A DNA stretch of 64,000 nt from Polyangiaceae bacterium (GCA_044376115.1 JBILLK010000029.1:1-64000), one strand, 5' to 3'; positions 29,074 to 39,537 are shown, counted from the stretch's first letter. The notes: generated from the letters alone by a model not told the origin. Made by a program: numbers and translations.

Positions 29074-30429
29074 CTACGACAATGCCTCCCGGCCTCTGCT
29101 CCAGAGGTGAACCGTGGCAGCTACGCCAAAGGCCTTCGCCACGATGTACCAACCATTGGCCTGCCGCAGCACGCCAAGAAACGGACCGCGGCGAGGCGCC
29201 AGCGTCGCTTCGTGCAGCCGGGCTCGCAGCAGCAGCCGATCGAGCTCGGCCGGCAGGAAAAGCGCTGGTTGCTCGCTGGCTGCCCGGGCGATGGCCAAAG
29301 CGTCGCGATGAGCATTTCGAGCGGGGAGCCTAGGAAGCTCGCGGATGACGCGCTCGGCGAGCGCCTGCACGCTGGGCACTCGGGAGAGTCGAGGCAATAG
29401 CGGAAGCGCGTCCTCCACACGCTTGCGCTCGAGGATGGTGCGGGAGCGAACGAGCGCTTCGTCCCCGATGGCAGCAGCGAGCGCCCCTGCGGTCCCGGTC
29501 GACTCGAGCCCCGTGAGCTCCGTGGTGAGCAGTTGAGCTACCTCTTGCTGCAGCTCTGCGAGAGGTGCCGACAGCTCGACCGGTCCGACCTGTTTCGCCA
29601 GAATTGGCGTTGCAGCCGGCGGCTCCACCGCGCGAAGCCGCGCGAGCGTTTGCATGTCGCTCGCGAGATCGAAGCTGTCGAAGTTGGCGTCGCGTTCTAG
29701 CAGTAATGGCACCGTTGGATTGGCGTGTAGCAAACGTGTGACGAGCCCGAAAACAGCCTGCGGCACAGCGTGCGCGTGGGTATCGAGGTAAAAACCCTGC
29801 TCGACAACCCCGCCTGCCACGTGCGCCATCCGCACCCGCTCGAGCGGAAACGCGGCCAACACCGCCTGAGGGTCGAGGCCCTGATTGCGGGCGTTGGCGT
29901 AGAGGTTGCTCAGGTCGAGCAGCAGGTCGCAGCCAGTGAGGCGCACGACCTCCTGATAGAAATCGGCCTCGCTCATCTCGTCCCCGGGCCAAAAGAAGGT
30001 ATTGGCCACGTTCTCGAGCAGCAGCGGAATATCGGGTAAGCGGCGGCGGGTCGCCTCCACGTTACGAGCAATCACCCGCAGAGCCTCCCGTGTGCGAGGC
30101 AGCGGAGTTAGGTGGCCGATCTCGGTGCCGCCGCTGCGAACAAAAGCCACGTGCTCGGTGAAACAAGGCGCTCGCAGCCGCTTGCACAGCCCTGCAATCC
30201 GATCGACATGCCCCGGGTCGATGCCCTCGGCCGAGCCGAGGGAGAGCTTGACGCCATGAGGAATGACCGGGGCGCAGTGCACCAGCGCTTCAACCTCCCG
30301 AGCGGAACTCGGGTCGGCCAGGCAGGCCTCCGCTACGACCTCGAAGAACGCAGCGTCCGGGCACTGCCCGAGCATCAGCTGGCTGGCGATCTCACGTCGC
30401 CAGCCAACTCCCACCGGGTGGGCCGACAC
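29074..30429 (-). CDS. DUF692 family multinuclear non-heme iron oxidative enzyme (MNIO) with C-terminal extension
   Basis: GVGWR, HGVKLSLG, TEHVAF, LLLENV, LLDLSNL, HVAGG, DTH, LLERD; likely GTG start at 30429 (ORF open to 30522). Confidence 0.9.
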   Translation of the reverse strand: MSAHPVGVGWRREIASQLMLGQCPDAAFFEVVAEACLADPSSAREVEALVHCAPVIPHGVKLSLGSAEGIDPGHVDRIAGLCKRLRAPCFTEHVAFVRSGGTEIGHLTPLPRTREALRVIARNVEATRRRLPDIPLLLENVANTFFWPGDEMSEADFYQEVVRLTGCDLLLDLSNLYANARNQGLDPQAVLAAFPLERVRMAHVAGGVVEQGFYLDTHAHAVPQAVFGLVTRLLHANPTVPLLLERDANFDSFDLASDMQTLARLRAVEPPAATPILAKQVGPVELSAPLAELQQEVAQLLTTELTGLESTGTAGALAAAIGDEALVRSRTILERKRVEDALPLLPRLSRVPSVQALAERVIRELPRLPARNAHRDALAIARAASEQPALFLPAELDRLLLRARLHEATLAPRRGPFLGVLRQANGWYIVAKAFGVAATVHLWSRGREALS

Positions 30430-30600
30430 ACGCTCGGGGAGTCCCAACGAGAGCGGAGGCAAAGTGTTGCGGATGTTACGCGAAGTCCGCCCCAAGCTTC
30501 CCGAGCCTTTCGGCGCCCCCAAAGATTACCGATCGAAGCTTGAGTATCTCCGCAGCAGGCCGGAGACCACGCTCAGCCAAACCTCTGTTAGATCGAGCGC

Positions 30601-31881
30601 ATGCAGGTCATGAATAGCGCCAGTGAGGTTGTCGCGCTCATAAACAGCGGGCAGCGGGTCTTCGTGCACGGCAGCGCAGCGACGCCAAACAAGCTGCTCA
30701 ACGCGCTCCTGGAACGCGCCGGAGAGCTCACCCGCGTCGAGCTCGTAGCGATCAGTACCCTGGGTGAGCTTGCGTGGAACCGACCCGAGGTGCACGAGCA
30801 CGTCTCGCTCAACTCCCTGTTCGTCTCCGCCAATGTGCGCGCCTGGGTCGATCAATACAATGGCGACTACACCCCCGTATTCTTGAGTGAGATCCCCGGT
30901 TTCTTTCGCCAAGGCGTACTGCCGCTCGACGTGGCGCTGATTCACGTCTCACCACCCGACAAGCACGGCTACTGCTCACTTGGCACTTCGGTGGACGCTA
31001 CGCTGGCCGCCGTTCAGACCGCACAGCTCATCCTTGCGCAGGTAAACCCACGCATGCCCCGCTCGCTCGGAGACGGCGTGATTCATATCTCCCAAATCGA
31101 CGCGGCGATCGAAGATTCGAGTGAACTGCCCGAGGTGAGCTACGCAAAAGACGTCGACGATGTCACGCGGGCCATCGGTAGACGCGTCGCGGAGTTGATC
31201 GAGGATGGGGCCACGTTGCAAATGGGCATTGGTGGCATCCCAGACGCGGTGCTGGCCTTCCTCGGTAACCACAAGGACCTTGGAATCCACACCGAGATGT
31301 TCAGCGACGGCGTCGTTGAGCTGGTGAAAAAGGGTATCGTGACCAACCGTCACAAGAAGGTCGAACCATACAAGATCCTGAGCACGTTCGTGCTGGGAAC
31401 GCGGAAGGTCTACGATTTCCTCGACGACAACCCGATCGTCTCGCTGCGCGACGTGGCCTGGACCAATGACACCGCGGTCATTCGCAAGAACCCCAAGGTA
31501 GTGGCGATCAACAGCGCGCTACAGGTCGATATGACCGGCCAGGTCTGCGCAGACTCCCTCGGGACGCTTCAATACTCCGGTATCGGCGGACAGATGGACT
31601 TCATGCGGGGCGCCGCGCTGTCCCCAGGTGGCAAGCCCATCATCGCCTTGCCCTCCACGACAAGCAAAGGAGTCTCGCGAATCGCCCCCGTCCTCAATCC
31701 GGGCGCTGGCGTGGTGACGACGCGCGGGCACGTGCACTGGGTTGTAACCGAGCATGGGGCCGTCAACCTCTATGGCAAAGGCCTTCAGGAGCGCGGCCGC
31801 CTGCTCATCAGCGTCGCCGCGCCCGAACACCGTGAGGCCCTGGAAAGGGAGTTCCGCACGAGATTCGCGGGTCGAGCGTGA
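30601..31881 (+). CDS. Acetyl-CoA hydrolase/transferase family (4-hydroxybutyrate CoA-transferase-like)
   Basis: TLQMGIGGIP, LGIHTEMFSDG, SGIGGQMDF, VVTEHG. Confidence 0.92.
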   Translation: MQVMNSASEVVALINSGQRVFVHGSAATPNKLLNALLERAGELTRVELVAISTLGELAWNRPEVHEHVSLNSLFVSANVRAWVDQYNGDYTPVFLSEIPGFFRQGVLPLDVALIHVSPPDKHGYCSLGTSVDATLAAVQTAQLILAQVNPRMPRSLGDGVIHISQIDAAIEDSSELPEVSYAKDVDDVTRAIGRRVAELIEDGATLQMGIGGIPDAVLAFLGNHKDLGIHTEMFSDGVVELVKKGIVTNRHKKVEPYKILSTFVLGTRKVYDFLDDNPIVSLRDVAWTNDTAVIRKNPKVVAINSALQVDMTGQVCADSLGTLQYSGIGGQMDFMRGAALSPGGKPIIALPSTTSKGVSRIAPVLNPGAGVVTTRGHVHWVVTEHGAVNLYGKGLQERGRLLISVAAPEHREALEREFRTRFAGRA

Positions 31882-32393
31882 CTCACCAACGCTCGCTTCA
31901 CTTCGTGCAACCGCCACAGGGCCGAAGTGCACTTGGCTGTGCTGCGGTGTTGATGGCGTTGCCAGCTATCGGCGCAACGCTAGCGCTCTCGGAGGGCAGT
32001 CCGGCGCTCGCCTCGATCCCGCTAGCACTCTATGGTGCCGCGCTGCTCGCTACCTACTTCTTCTTCAATGAGGAAGTCCGCTTGGAGCTCGACGAGCAAA
32101 ACTTGAGCTTATCGCGCAGTCGATTGCTCTTCGGCGCGAGGCTTACGCCGCGCCTTGATTGGCAGATACCGCTCGCATCCTTGACCCACGCGAAGGAGCT
32201 TAGAACGCGGACCCCCGCCAGAGAGGGAGGCTGGAAGCGGACCGCGGTCTTGCAGCTCCCGGAGGGCCGCACGCTCGATGCTCGCGAGCTAGGCGGCAGC
32301 CAAGACAAAAGCAGCGCCTACAACCAACTCGTCAGCGTGCTAGAACAACGGCTAGGAGCCGCGTTCGAGCGTCCACAGAGGCGGGTTGAGTGA
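31878..32393 (+). CDS. Hypothetical 2-TM membrane protein
   Basis: Two hydrophobic helices and a soluble C-terminus; 4-nt overlap with the upstream gene. Confidence 0.7.
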   Translation: MTHQRSLHFVQPPQGRSALGCAAVLMALPAIGATLALSEGSPALASIPLALYGAALLATYFFFNEEVRLELDEQNLSLSRSRLLFGARLTPRLDWQIPLASLTHAKELRTRTPAREGGWKRTAVLQLPEGRTLDARELGGSQDKSSAYNQLVSVLEQRLGAAFERPQRRVE

Positions 32394-32396
32394 GTC

Positions 32397-32538
32397 GTCT
32401 TAACGCCCGCCACACTGCCCCCGAGCTGTGGCTCTGATGCGCCTTCGAGCCGCAGCTAGTTTGGTCTTCGGTTTACTCGCGGAGCTTTCCACGACCGCCG
32501 TCGGCCCCGGCGACTCGGGTAGCGAGCTTGGTTAGGGC
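32397..32538 (+). other. attC-like imperfect palindrome
   Basis: GTCTTAAC just after the upstream stop, GTTAGGGC at the far end, inner stem AGCTGTGGCTC/GAGCCGCAGCT, CCGAG/CTCGG pairing. Confidence 0.4.
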
Positions 32539-32810
32539 CTGTGCGCCGCCAGAGCGCGGACTCGCGTTTACATTGTTATTCGACGGTGGCATCGTTCAAC
32601 TGGGCGGTAATAACGAGGTACCCAGCGACTTACAGAGGTGCCTCCAAGCGGAGAGCAAACGCTTCTTGCGCGGACTACCCACGCTCTGGGCCGACGTGGA
32701 TTGGCGGCCGCGCTAGACCACGTGGTTCCCCAGGACGCTCTAGTGCGCAGCAGGTACTCGGCGCGATCACCGTGGGTTCAACAGGTTTGGGAGACTCCAC
32801 AAGCCTTCCG

Positions 32811-34379
32811 CTACGGGTCGTTTAGCACGGATATCCCCGCCACTCCCTCGTACGTCGCGTACTGCCGTGTGCTGTGAAAGAGCGTTACTTCGTAGGTTCC
32901 TTTGGCCGCGAGCGGACACTCGATCTCGAAGCGCTGATTGCGCGTTACCTGGCATCGGCTCTCCTCTCCCGTGGCCGAAGTAGCCGTCGCGAGCAGCCAA
33001 TCCTTGGCGGAGCGTTCGACGACTAGATTGATACTTCCACGCGCGGTCACCTGAGAACGGTCGGGGCTAATGAGCTTGAGGCCGTGCGCATAGAACGACG
33101 GCTGCAGCACGGGTGCACGAAAGAACTCGCCGCGTGTAATTGGCTTATCGAGCAGTTGCCACTTCGGCTCGTCGGGGAAGTGCTTCACAGCAAATACGTT
33201 CGGTGGAGTAAACAAGTAGTCGGATGAGTAAGCGCGCGTAAACCGCATGCGACTTTCACCCGCTGGAATGCCGACGTGACCTGCGTTCCAGGTTGCATCC
33301 ACCAAGTACGACTTGGCGTCGATCACCACGATATTCCAGGCATGACCTTCGCCAGCCAAGTCCGAGCCCGACCCACGCGCGTCTCCAACCACGTACTGCA
33401 CATCAAAACCGGCGGCCTTCCCGAGCGCCTGAAGGAGCCGCGCGTAGCCAGCACAAACAGCCTTACGAGAGACGAATACGGTTTGAGCGTCCTGGTCCCG
33501 AATGCGACCGGACTCCAGCATCTCAACGTCGTAGTCGATGTGCGTCGCAACCCAATCGTGCAGCAGCCTAAAACGCGACATCGAGTCCGCCTCATGGGCG
33601 ATGGCGTACTTGGCCAGCGATTCGAAGGAGCCCTCTGCTGCCGTAGGCACCTCGGTCGAGAGCGGATGCGGCCGCGCAGCTGAAGGCCAAGGGTGATCGG
33701 CGGTGACGCGTTCGACGAAGTCGGTCGGCTCGGGAGGCCGCGGCACTGCCGGAAGAAGTGGAGATGTAGAACCGGGGGTAGAGGCTGGCTGCGCCGAAGG
33801 CGCTAGCGACGGGCCTTCCGGATCGACGAGCGTTAGCGAACTCTCCTGTCTCGGTCCTACGCCAGCGCCGGAGTCCGGCGCACCTTCGCGGAAAGGATGC
33901 GGTTGGCTGAGGTCGTACAGCCAAGCAAGCTTCTCAGCGCCGGCAAACAGTGCGCCGCGAAGCCGCTGCGAGGTTGCATCGCTGCGCCCATCGAGCATCC
34001 AATCACCGCGGGTCGCGAGAGCTTCAAAGCCCTGCTGTGGCTGCCACGTCAGAACCCCCACCAGAAACAGTAGATTGATAATCAGCGTCCGCAAGAGCAC
34101 GCGGTCGCCACGGGTAAGGAAGCGCTGGCCAGGCTTCCGACGAAACCGCCATTCGGCAAAGGCCTCCCACGCGAGTGGCGTCACCGGGAACAACAGCAAC
34201 CCAGTCACAGCTGCCAGCCAAACCTCGCCTCCCCGATAGGTGGCGAGTGAGGAAGCCAACCAAAAGCCAAGCATCGGCAGAAGCACGACGAAGGCCGCCC
34301 ATAACAGCTTGAGCATCCCTAGCAGCACGGTGCCGATTGCAATCCGAGCGGGGCTGGTTTTGGGTTTCGGCTTGGTCAC
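32811..34379 (-). CDS. Membrane-anchored transglutaminase-like cysteine protease
   Basis: N-terminal TMs; catalytic triad VCAGYA / HAWN / VDATW. Confidence 0.88.
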   Translation of the reverse strand: MTKPKPKTSPARIAIGTVLLGMLKLLWAAFVVLLPMLGFWLASSLATYRGGEVWLAAVTGLLLFPVTPLAWEAFAEWRFRRKPGQRFLTRGDRVLLRTLIINLLFLVGVLTWQPQQGFEALATRGDWMLDGRSDATSQRLRGALFAGAEKLAWLYDLSQPHPFREGAPDSGAGVGPRQESSLTLVDPEGPSLAPSAQPASTPGSTSPLLPAVPRPPEPTDFVERVTADHPWPSAARPHPLSTEVPTAAEGSFESLAKYAIAHEADSMSRFRLLHDWVATHIDYDVEMLESGRIRDQDAQTVFVSRKAVCAGYARLLQALGKAAGFDVQYVVGDARGSGSDLAGEGHAWNIVVIDAKSYLVDATWNAGHVGIPAGESRMRFTRAYSSDYLFTPPNVFAVKHFPDEPKWQLLDKPITRGEFFRAPVLQPSFYAHGLKLISPDRSQVTARGSINLVVERSAKDWLLATATSATGEESRCQVTRNQRFEIECPLAAKGTYEVTLFHSTRQYATYEGVAGISVLNDP

Positions 34380-34476
34380 GCGGCGAGTGTAGCCGCCAAC
34401 TCAGCATTGGGGCCGTCCTTCGACCGACACCGTCGGAGCCTATGGCGCAATATGCACAGCTCCACTATGAGGGGAC

Positions 34477-35514
34477 ATGGTCCGAGTTCCCCTTGTCGAG
34501 CTGTACAATCGCTTTGAGCAAGAGCTAGAGCGGAGAGCCGCACGCGAGGACCTGGCGAAAGAAGCGGCTGGGCTCCGGACTCGATGGGCGTCCGGATTGC
34601 ACTTTACCAAAGGCGGCCTGCTCGTTGCTATTCCACTATTGAGCGCCGCCTTTCTCATTGATCCCGCGACTGGCGCCCTGCTGCGCAGCTGGGCCCTCCG
34701 AGAGCCGCTGACCGACACCAAGCACGACTCGCTGCAGGCATTTCGCATCGAAGATCTGGTGGTGCTGGAGCACGGCGCCATGGCGAGTCATGCGGGCGAC
34801 AGAGTCAACTTCCTGCATCTGTTTCACGGCGATGCAGAAGTTCCGCACACGATGCTCGAGCCGTACGGCCCCGCTGGAGAGATGGCTTGGGCCGTGAACC
34901 CGAACGGCAGCAAGCTCGTGACCGTGGCGTTCGACGACGAGAGCGAGCGGCTCGTGGCCGAGTTCTTCAACGCCAAGGGCAAACGGCTACGGCGCACGAA
35001 GATAGGTGTCGAGGATGAGACAGACTACGGGGCGGTGTGCCTCGATGCGGAGGATCACCTTGCGGTCGTCGGGGAGTTCGGGCTGCAGCTGCGCAAGCTC
35101 GGAGTCGCCAAGAAGATGGCCAAGTGGGCGTCGCCAGGGCCGTTGACCAAGGTCATCTACCCGACCTCCCTCGCCACGGTCGTTGGCATCGAGCAAGGCA
35201 AACAAGGCGTGGTCTGGAAGTTCAGGACCACAGAGAAGCCCAAGGTCATCGGGATTCAGCTCGCTGCAGGGCAGCCCGTTCGCTTCCTCGGGATGAGTAG
35301 GGACGAGTCCGTCTCATGGTGGCTCGCGACAGCCGCAGACGGAGCGCGCGATCTGTTTCGGCTCAACCACGGCAGCGCAAAGACCGAGCGGGCGCATATC
35401 AAGGCGAACGACGCGTGGAGCTTTGATGCTCAATGCGAAAACGCAGCGGTCCTCGAGGAGAGCATGCTCGTGCTTCAGCCGATCCACGCAACTTGGAAAC
35501 CCGCGGGTCCCTAG
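34477..35514 (+). CDS. Hypothetical protein, beta-propeller-like
   Basis: 345 aa ORF with beta-rich repeats; possible frameshifted start at 34442. Confidence 0.65.
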   Translation: MVRVPLVELYNRFEQELERRAAREDLAKEAAGLRTRWASGLHFTKGGLLVAIPLLSAAFLIDPATGALLRSWALREPLTDTKHDSLQAFRIEDLVVLEHGAMASHAGDRVNFLHLFHGDAEVPHTMLEPYGPAGEMAWAVNPNGSKLVTVAFDDESERLVAEFFNAKGKRLRRTKIGVEDETDYGAVCLDAEDHLAVVGEFGLQLRKLGVAKKMAKWASPGPLTKVIYPTSLATVVGIEQGKQGVVWKFRTTEKPKVIGIQLAAGQPVRFLGMSRDESVSWWLATAADGARDLFRLNHGSAKTERAHIKANDAWSFDAQCENAAVLEESMLVLQPIHATWKPAGP

Positions 35515-35748
35515 TGCAAACTTGAGTGGAACGTGCGGCGGCAGCGAAGGGCCGCAAACCAATCAAGCAAAACCTTGCTCGATTGAGCAAGGTACTGCGC
35601 GCAAGGTCGTGACCTCGAAAGACCACACCGACACTTTGCCCAGCGCTGAGACGTGCAACGGACGGCCCGTGCTTTGCACAGGGCAGCTGAACGTGGTGAC
35701 GATGGGCATTCTGCCTCCACAAGTACCCACGTCCACGGAGAAGACGAA

Positions 35749-36090
35749 ATGAGTTCCGCAGAAACCGACCTCGAACTGGCCGAGATGCAAGGGATCAAAG
35801 TGCCTGGCGTCGCTGAATACGTCGGCGGACTCGCAGGCGCCGTCCCGTTTTTTCTACACGTCTCAAACTCGTCAACAACCATGGTCAACGGGGTCACCAC
35901 GGCGGCGAAGCACTTCGACTACGTCGCCGTCTCGGGTGGAGTCGTGGCCGGACTTTTTGGAGTTGTTTCTCTCGCGCTTTTAGCAAAAACAGCCCCGTCG
36001 AAGAGGGCGCTACGCGGCTTGGCAGCGGGCGCCATCCTGCTCCTCGCTGCGTTCCAGCTTGCGCGCGGGTTCGGCGTCGTTGGAGCGTGA
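35749..36090 (+). CDS. Small membrane protein
   Basis: GGAG before ATG 35749; three hydrophobic segments. Confidence 0.7.
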   Translation: MSSAETDLELAEMQGIKVPGVAEYVGGLAGAVPFFLHVSNSSTTMVNGVTTAAKHFDYVAVSGGVVAGLFGVVSLALLAKTAPSKRALRGLAAGAILLLAAFQLARGFGVVGA

Positions 36091-36099
36091 GCCCAATCT

Positions 36100-37326
36100 T
36101 TACTGCACTGGCAACGGTACGACGCCCACCCAGGCGGGGCTCGAGCCAGTCACGGTGGTGGTAAGGGGGCTGAGGGCGCCCGTCTGCGGCTCGAGCGCAA
36201 ACGCGACCACTTCGTCGGATTGCTGATTAGCCACCAATAAGAGGTTACCGGCCGGGTCGATACCGAAGTTACGCGGCCAGTTGCCGTCTGTCGCGGTATG
36301 CCCCATTGCAGTGAGGGCGCCGGTAACCGGATCCACAGCGAAGTGCGCGAGGCTATTATGGCCGCGGTTCGAGCCGTACAAATGCAGACCGTTCGGGTGA
36401 ATATGCAGGTCGGCGCAGAAGTTGTCCTCTGGCGCAGCGCCGCTTGGGAGGGTGGAGACCGAGCCGACGCTGGAGAGCGCGCCGTCGCTGTCGACCGCGA
36501 AGGTGGTAACTGTATCTCCGAGTTCGCCAATCACGTAGACCACCGGTAACGACGGGTGGAACTCGAGGTGACGTGGGCCGGTCCCCGCCGGGAGCGCGGC
36601 ATCACTGGCCATGGGCGTAAGCTCGCCGGTGGCCACGTCAAAGTCGAACTGAGCCACAAGATCACTACCCAAACAAGGGACGTATACATGGCTATTGCTG
36701 GCATCCGCACGGATGGCGTGCGCGTTCTCGCCGGGGCTCTCGACGTCAACCGCCGCGCCCAGCGAGCCGTCCGCGAGCACAGGCAATACGGCCACCGTAC
36801 CTCCGCCGTAGTTGGCAACGAATACCCAGTTACCCGTGGCGTCAACAGATACATACGCAGGTCCGTTGCCCTCCGAGCTTTGGCGCTGACCTAACTCACT
36901 GAGGGCACCGCTCGCCTGATCCACGGCGAAGGCGAGCACCTCACTATTGTTCTCATCCACGGCGTAGAGACGCGTCTTGTCGGGGGAAGCGGCCAAAAAG
37001 GAAGGGTTGCCGGCAACCTCGAACGAGCTCTGCGGGCTCAAGACCCCCGAATCGCGATCCAAGGCATAGGACTGCAGCTGGCCGTCTCCGTTACCGACGT
37101 AAACGATGGGCAACGTCGGCAAGGGCGCCATGCCTCCGGCTCCGCCGCTCGCAGCGGCCCCGGCGCCGCCGCCACCGTTGCTATTACCCCCAACCGAAGA
37201 AGCAGCTCCCCCACCCTGTCCGCCCGCCCCAGCGCCGCCAGCTCCGTTACCGCCGCTGGAGCTGTCGTCGCCGCACGCAGCGAGGATCGCGAGAGAAGCG
37301 AATAGATGAGCGGCGCGGTTCGACAT
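36100..37326 (-). CDS. Lactonase family 7-bladed beta-propeller lipoprotein (6-phosphogluconolactonase-like)
   Basis: NPSFL, VANYGGG, HAI, GPRHL, SNRGHNS, WPRNF, VANQ. Confidence 0.9.
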   Translation of the reverse strand: MSNRAAHLFASLAILAACGDDSSSGGNGAGGAGAGGQGGGAASSVGGNSNGGGGAGAAASGGAGGMAPLPTLPIVYVGNGDGQLQSYALDRDSGVLSPQSSFEVAGNPSFLAASPDKTRLYAVDENNSEVLAFAVDQASGALSELGQRQSSEGNGPAYVSVDATGNWVFVANYGGGTVAVLPVLADGSLGAAVDVESPGENAHAIRADASNSHVYVPCLGSDLVAQFDFDVATGELTPMASDAALPAGTGPRHLEFHPSLPVVYVIGELGDTVTTFAVDSDGALSSVGSVSTLPSGAAPEDNFCADLHIHPNGLHLYGSNRGHNSLAHFAVDPVTGALTAMGHTATDGNWPRNFGIDPAGNLLLVANQQSDEVVAFALEPQTGALSPLTTTVTGSSPAWVGVVPLPVQ

Positions 37327-37361
37327 TGCGACGCAGGCTACTCGGCTTGCGCGCCCGGGCG

Positions 37362-38330
37362 CTACTTCGCCCGCTCTGAAGGCGGCGCGAGCAAGGCCGG
37401 CTCCACCTCCCCTTCCAAGGCCTCGAGGAAGGCGACAAGATCGTCAATCTCGCCTTGGGTCAGCTCCTCACCGAGCTGATGACGGCCCATAAGTTCGACC
37501 GCCTCGGCGAGCGTCTCCACGCTGCCATCGTGAAAGTACGGCGCAGTGCGGCTCACGTTGCGCAGCTGCGGTACGACAAAGACCATCTCGTCATCGGGAT
37601 CGCCGGTGAGCTCGAATAGGCCGCGATCGTGGCGCTTGTCCTGCGGCCACGGCTCTTGATCGCCGAGCACCTCGAAGCGCCGCCCGCCAACGCCTGGGCC
37701 GTCGTGACAGAAGGCGCAGTTGCCTTGGAAGAAGTCGAGACCGCGTTGCTCGCTAGCGTTGAGCGCGCTTTCGTCGCCGAGCAGAAAGCTATCGACGCGG
37801 CTGGGTGCGACGAGGGCGCGTTCGTAGCTGGCGATGGCCTGCGCGACTCGCTCCAGGCTGACCGCATCATCCTTGAAGGCCGCCGTAAAGAGCGCCTGAT
37901 AGCGCTCGTCCGCGCCGAGGTACGCGAGCACCGTCTGCTCGTCGGCGGCCATCTCGTTATCCGCAAAGAGCGGCATCAGCGCCTGCTCTTCCAGAGTGCT
38001 CGCGCGACCGTCCCAGAACAAAAGCTCCTTGAAGCCTACGTTGATCACCGTAGGCGAATTGCGCGGCCCCAACTGACCGAGCACCCCAACCGCTACCGGC
38101 TTGTCGTCGTCTCCACCTTGCTCTGGGAGGTGGCATGAGGCGCACGAGACGAGCCCGTCCGAAGAAAGTTGCGGGTCGAAGAAGAGCGCCTGGCCGAGTT
38201 CCACCTGGGCTCGCTCACGATCGGCGAGGGAGCTCAGATCGAGCGGCTCAATCGCTTCAATGGCGCGGCATCCGCTCATGGCGCCGAGAAACAGTAGCGC
38301 CGTCCCGCACAAGGCTTTGTAGTTCTTCAT
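37362..38330 (-). CDS. Di-heme cytochrome c peroxidase (CCP/MauG family) lipoprotein
   Basis: LFFDPQLS, CASCH, RNSPT, FWDGR, CAFCH, PYFHDGS. Confidence 0.9.
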   Translation of the reverse strand: MKNYKALCGTALLFLGAMSGCRAIEAIEPLDLSSLADRERAQVELGQALFFDPQLSSDGLVSCASCHLPEQGGDDDKPVAVGVLGQLGPRNSPTVINVGFKELLFWDGRASTLEEQALMPLFADNEMAADEQTVLAYLGADERYQALFTAAFKDDAVSLERVAQAIASYERALVAPSRVDSFLLGDESALNASEQRGLDFFQGNCAFCHDGPGVGGRRFEVLGDQEPWPQDKRHDRGLFELTGDPDDEMVFVVPQLRNVSRTAPYFHDGSVETLAEAVELMGRHQLGEELTQGEIDDLVAFLEALEGEVEPALLAPPSERAK

Positions 38331-38429
38331 GCCCAAAAGCTAGGCCGCAGCCCGGATGCGCGCGCGGTCCTAGCCGGACAAAATCTGGACACCAGCGGCC
38401 AAACGATTGGCCTGCGATGCCCCCCCGGC

Positions 38430-39425
38430 CTAGAGCGAGGCGCGGAACTTTGCCGGCGAAGCGCCGGTCCAGCGCTGAAACGAGCGTCGAAAAGCCCGTT
38501 CGTCCGCGAAATCGAGCAAGAACGCGATCTCGCCCAACGGCAGTGTGCGCTCACCGAGATAACGCTTGGCCAGATCCAGCCGCACACGGTCGCGAAGCTC
38601 GAGGAAGCTTGTACCGTGCTCGTTCAAGCGGCGCCGCAGCGTGCGTTCAGAGAGCCCGAGCCGCGCCCCCGCCGACTCGAGCGACAGCGAGCCCGAGGGC
38701 AAGAGCTCGGTCAGCGTCCGCTGAACCTGGTCGAGGAAGGTGTCCGGCGGCTGGTGCTCGGCGAGGGCTGCCTCGGCCGTGCGCAGCAAGAAGTCGTGCA
38801 AGCGAGCGTCGGCGTGTTGCACTGGACGCTCGGCGTCCTCGCTGGAGAAGGTGATGCGAGCGAGGGGCGCATCCCAGTGGATCTCGGTGGCGAAGAAGGC
38901 GTTGTGCGCGGCGATGTTGCGAGGAGCAGAATGCCGAAAGCTGACGTTGAGCGGGATGATCGCATGGCCTGCAAGTTGTCTCGACACCTCGAGCATTTGC
39001 GCGAACATGCTCTCGGTTGCACAGCGCGCAGCGAGCGGAAGTGGACCACTGGGGCGCGCCCAGATTGAAAGGCCCTGCTTGCTGCGCTCCACCTCGAAAA
39101 CGCTCGAGGTGGTGTAGAGCGGCTGATAGCGGCGAGCGGCGTCCACTGCGGCGCCAAGCGTTGGCGCCGATCGCATGGCGAAGCCCATCACGTCGTAGGT
39201 CTCGACGGGCACATGACGAGCGATATCCACGATGAAGCCCGGATCATTGGTGAGCCGGACGCTGTGCTCGATCGCGCCGAAGTGAACGGGCAGCGGGATG
39301 ATGGCCCAGGCGTCCTCGGGAAGCGAGCTTGCGCCGGCCCGACGAAGTACCTCCTCTGGGTCGAGCCCACGCGAGCGCGCGGCCGCAAGCACGGCTCGGG
39401 TGGCGGCGGCGCGGATCCAGCTCAT
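38430..39425 (-). CDS. AraC family transcriptional regulator
   Basis: GFAMRSAPTLG ligand domain; SERTLRRRL...EIAFLLDF...AFRRSFQRWTG; start at ATG 39425. Confidence 0.92.
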   Translation of the reverse strand: MSWIRAAATRAVLAAARSRGLDPEEVLRRAGASSLPEDAWAIIPLPVHFGAIEHSVRLTNDPGFIVDIARHVPVETYDVMGFAMRSAPTLGAAVDAARRYQPLYTTSSVFEVERSKQGLSIWARPSGPLPLAARCATESMFAQMLEVSRQLAGHAIIPLNVSFRHSAPRNIAAHNAFFATEIHWDAPLARITFSSEDAERPVQHADARLHDFLLRTAEAALAEHQPPDTFLDQVQRTLTELLPSGSLSLESAGARLGLSERTLRRRLNEHGTSFLELRDRVRLDLAKRYLGERTLPLGEIAFLLDFADERAFRRSFQRWTGASPAKFRASL

Positions 39426-39537
39426 GGCCGCAACATAGCGAACTCGGTGGCCCGCGCTGCGAGGATCCGACGTGGACCATCGGTCCTGGGTTGGCTGGGA
39501 TCTTTGAGCTACGGTGCTGGAGGTCGAACGGAACTTT

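Noticed and set aside
32437..32716. Two short ORFs as a frameshifted gene
   Set aside because: No recognisable motifs; they overlap the attC-like hairpin.
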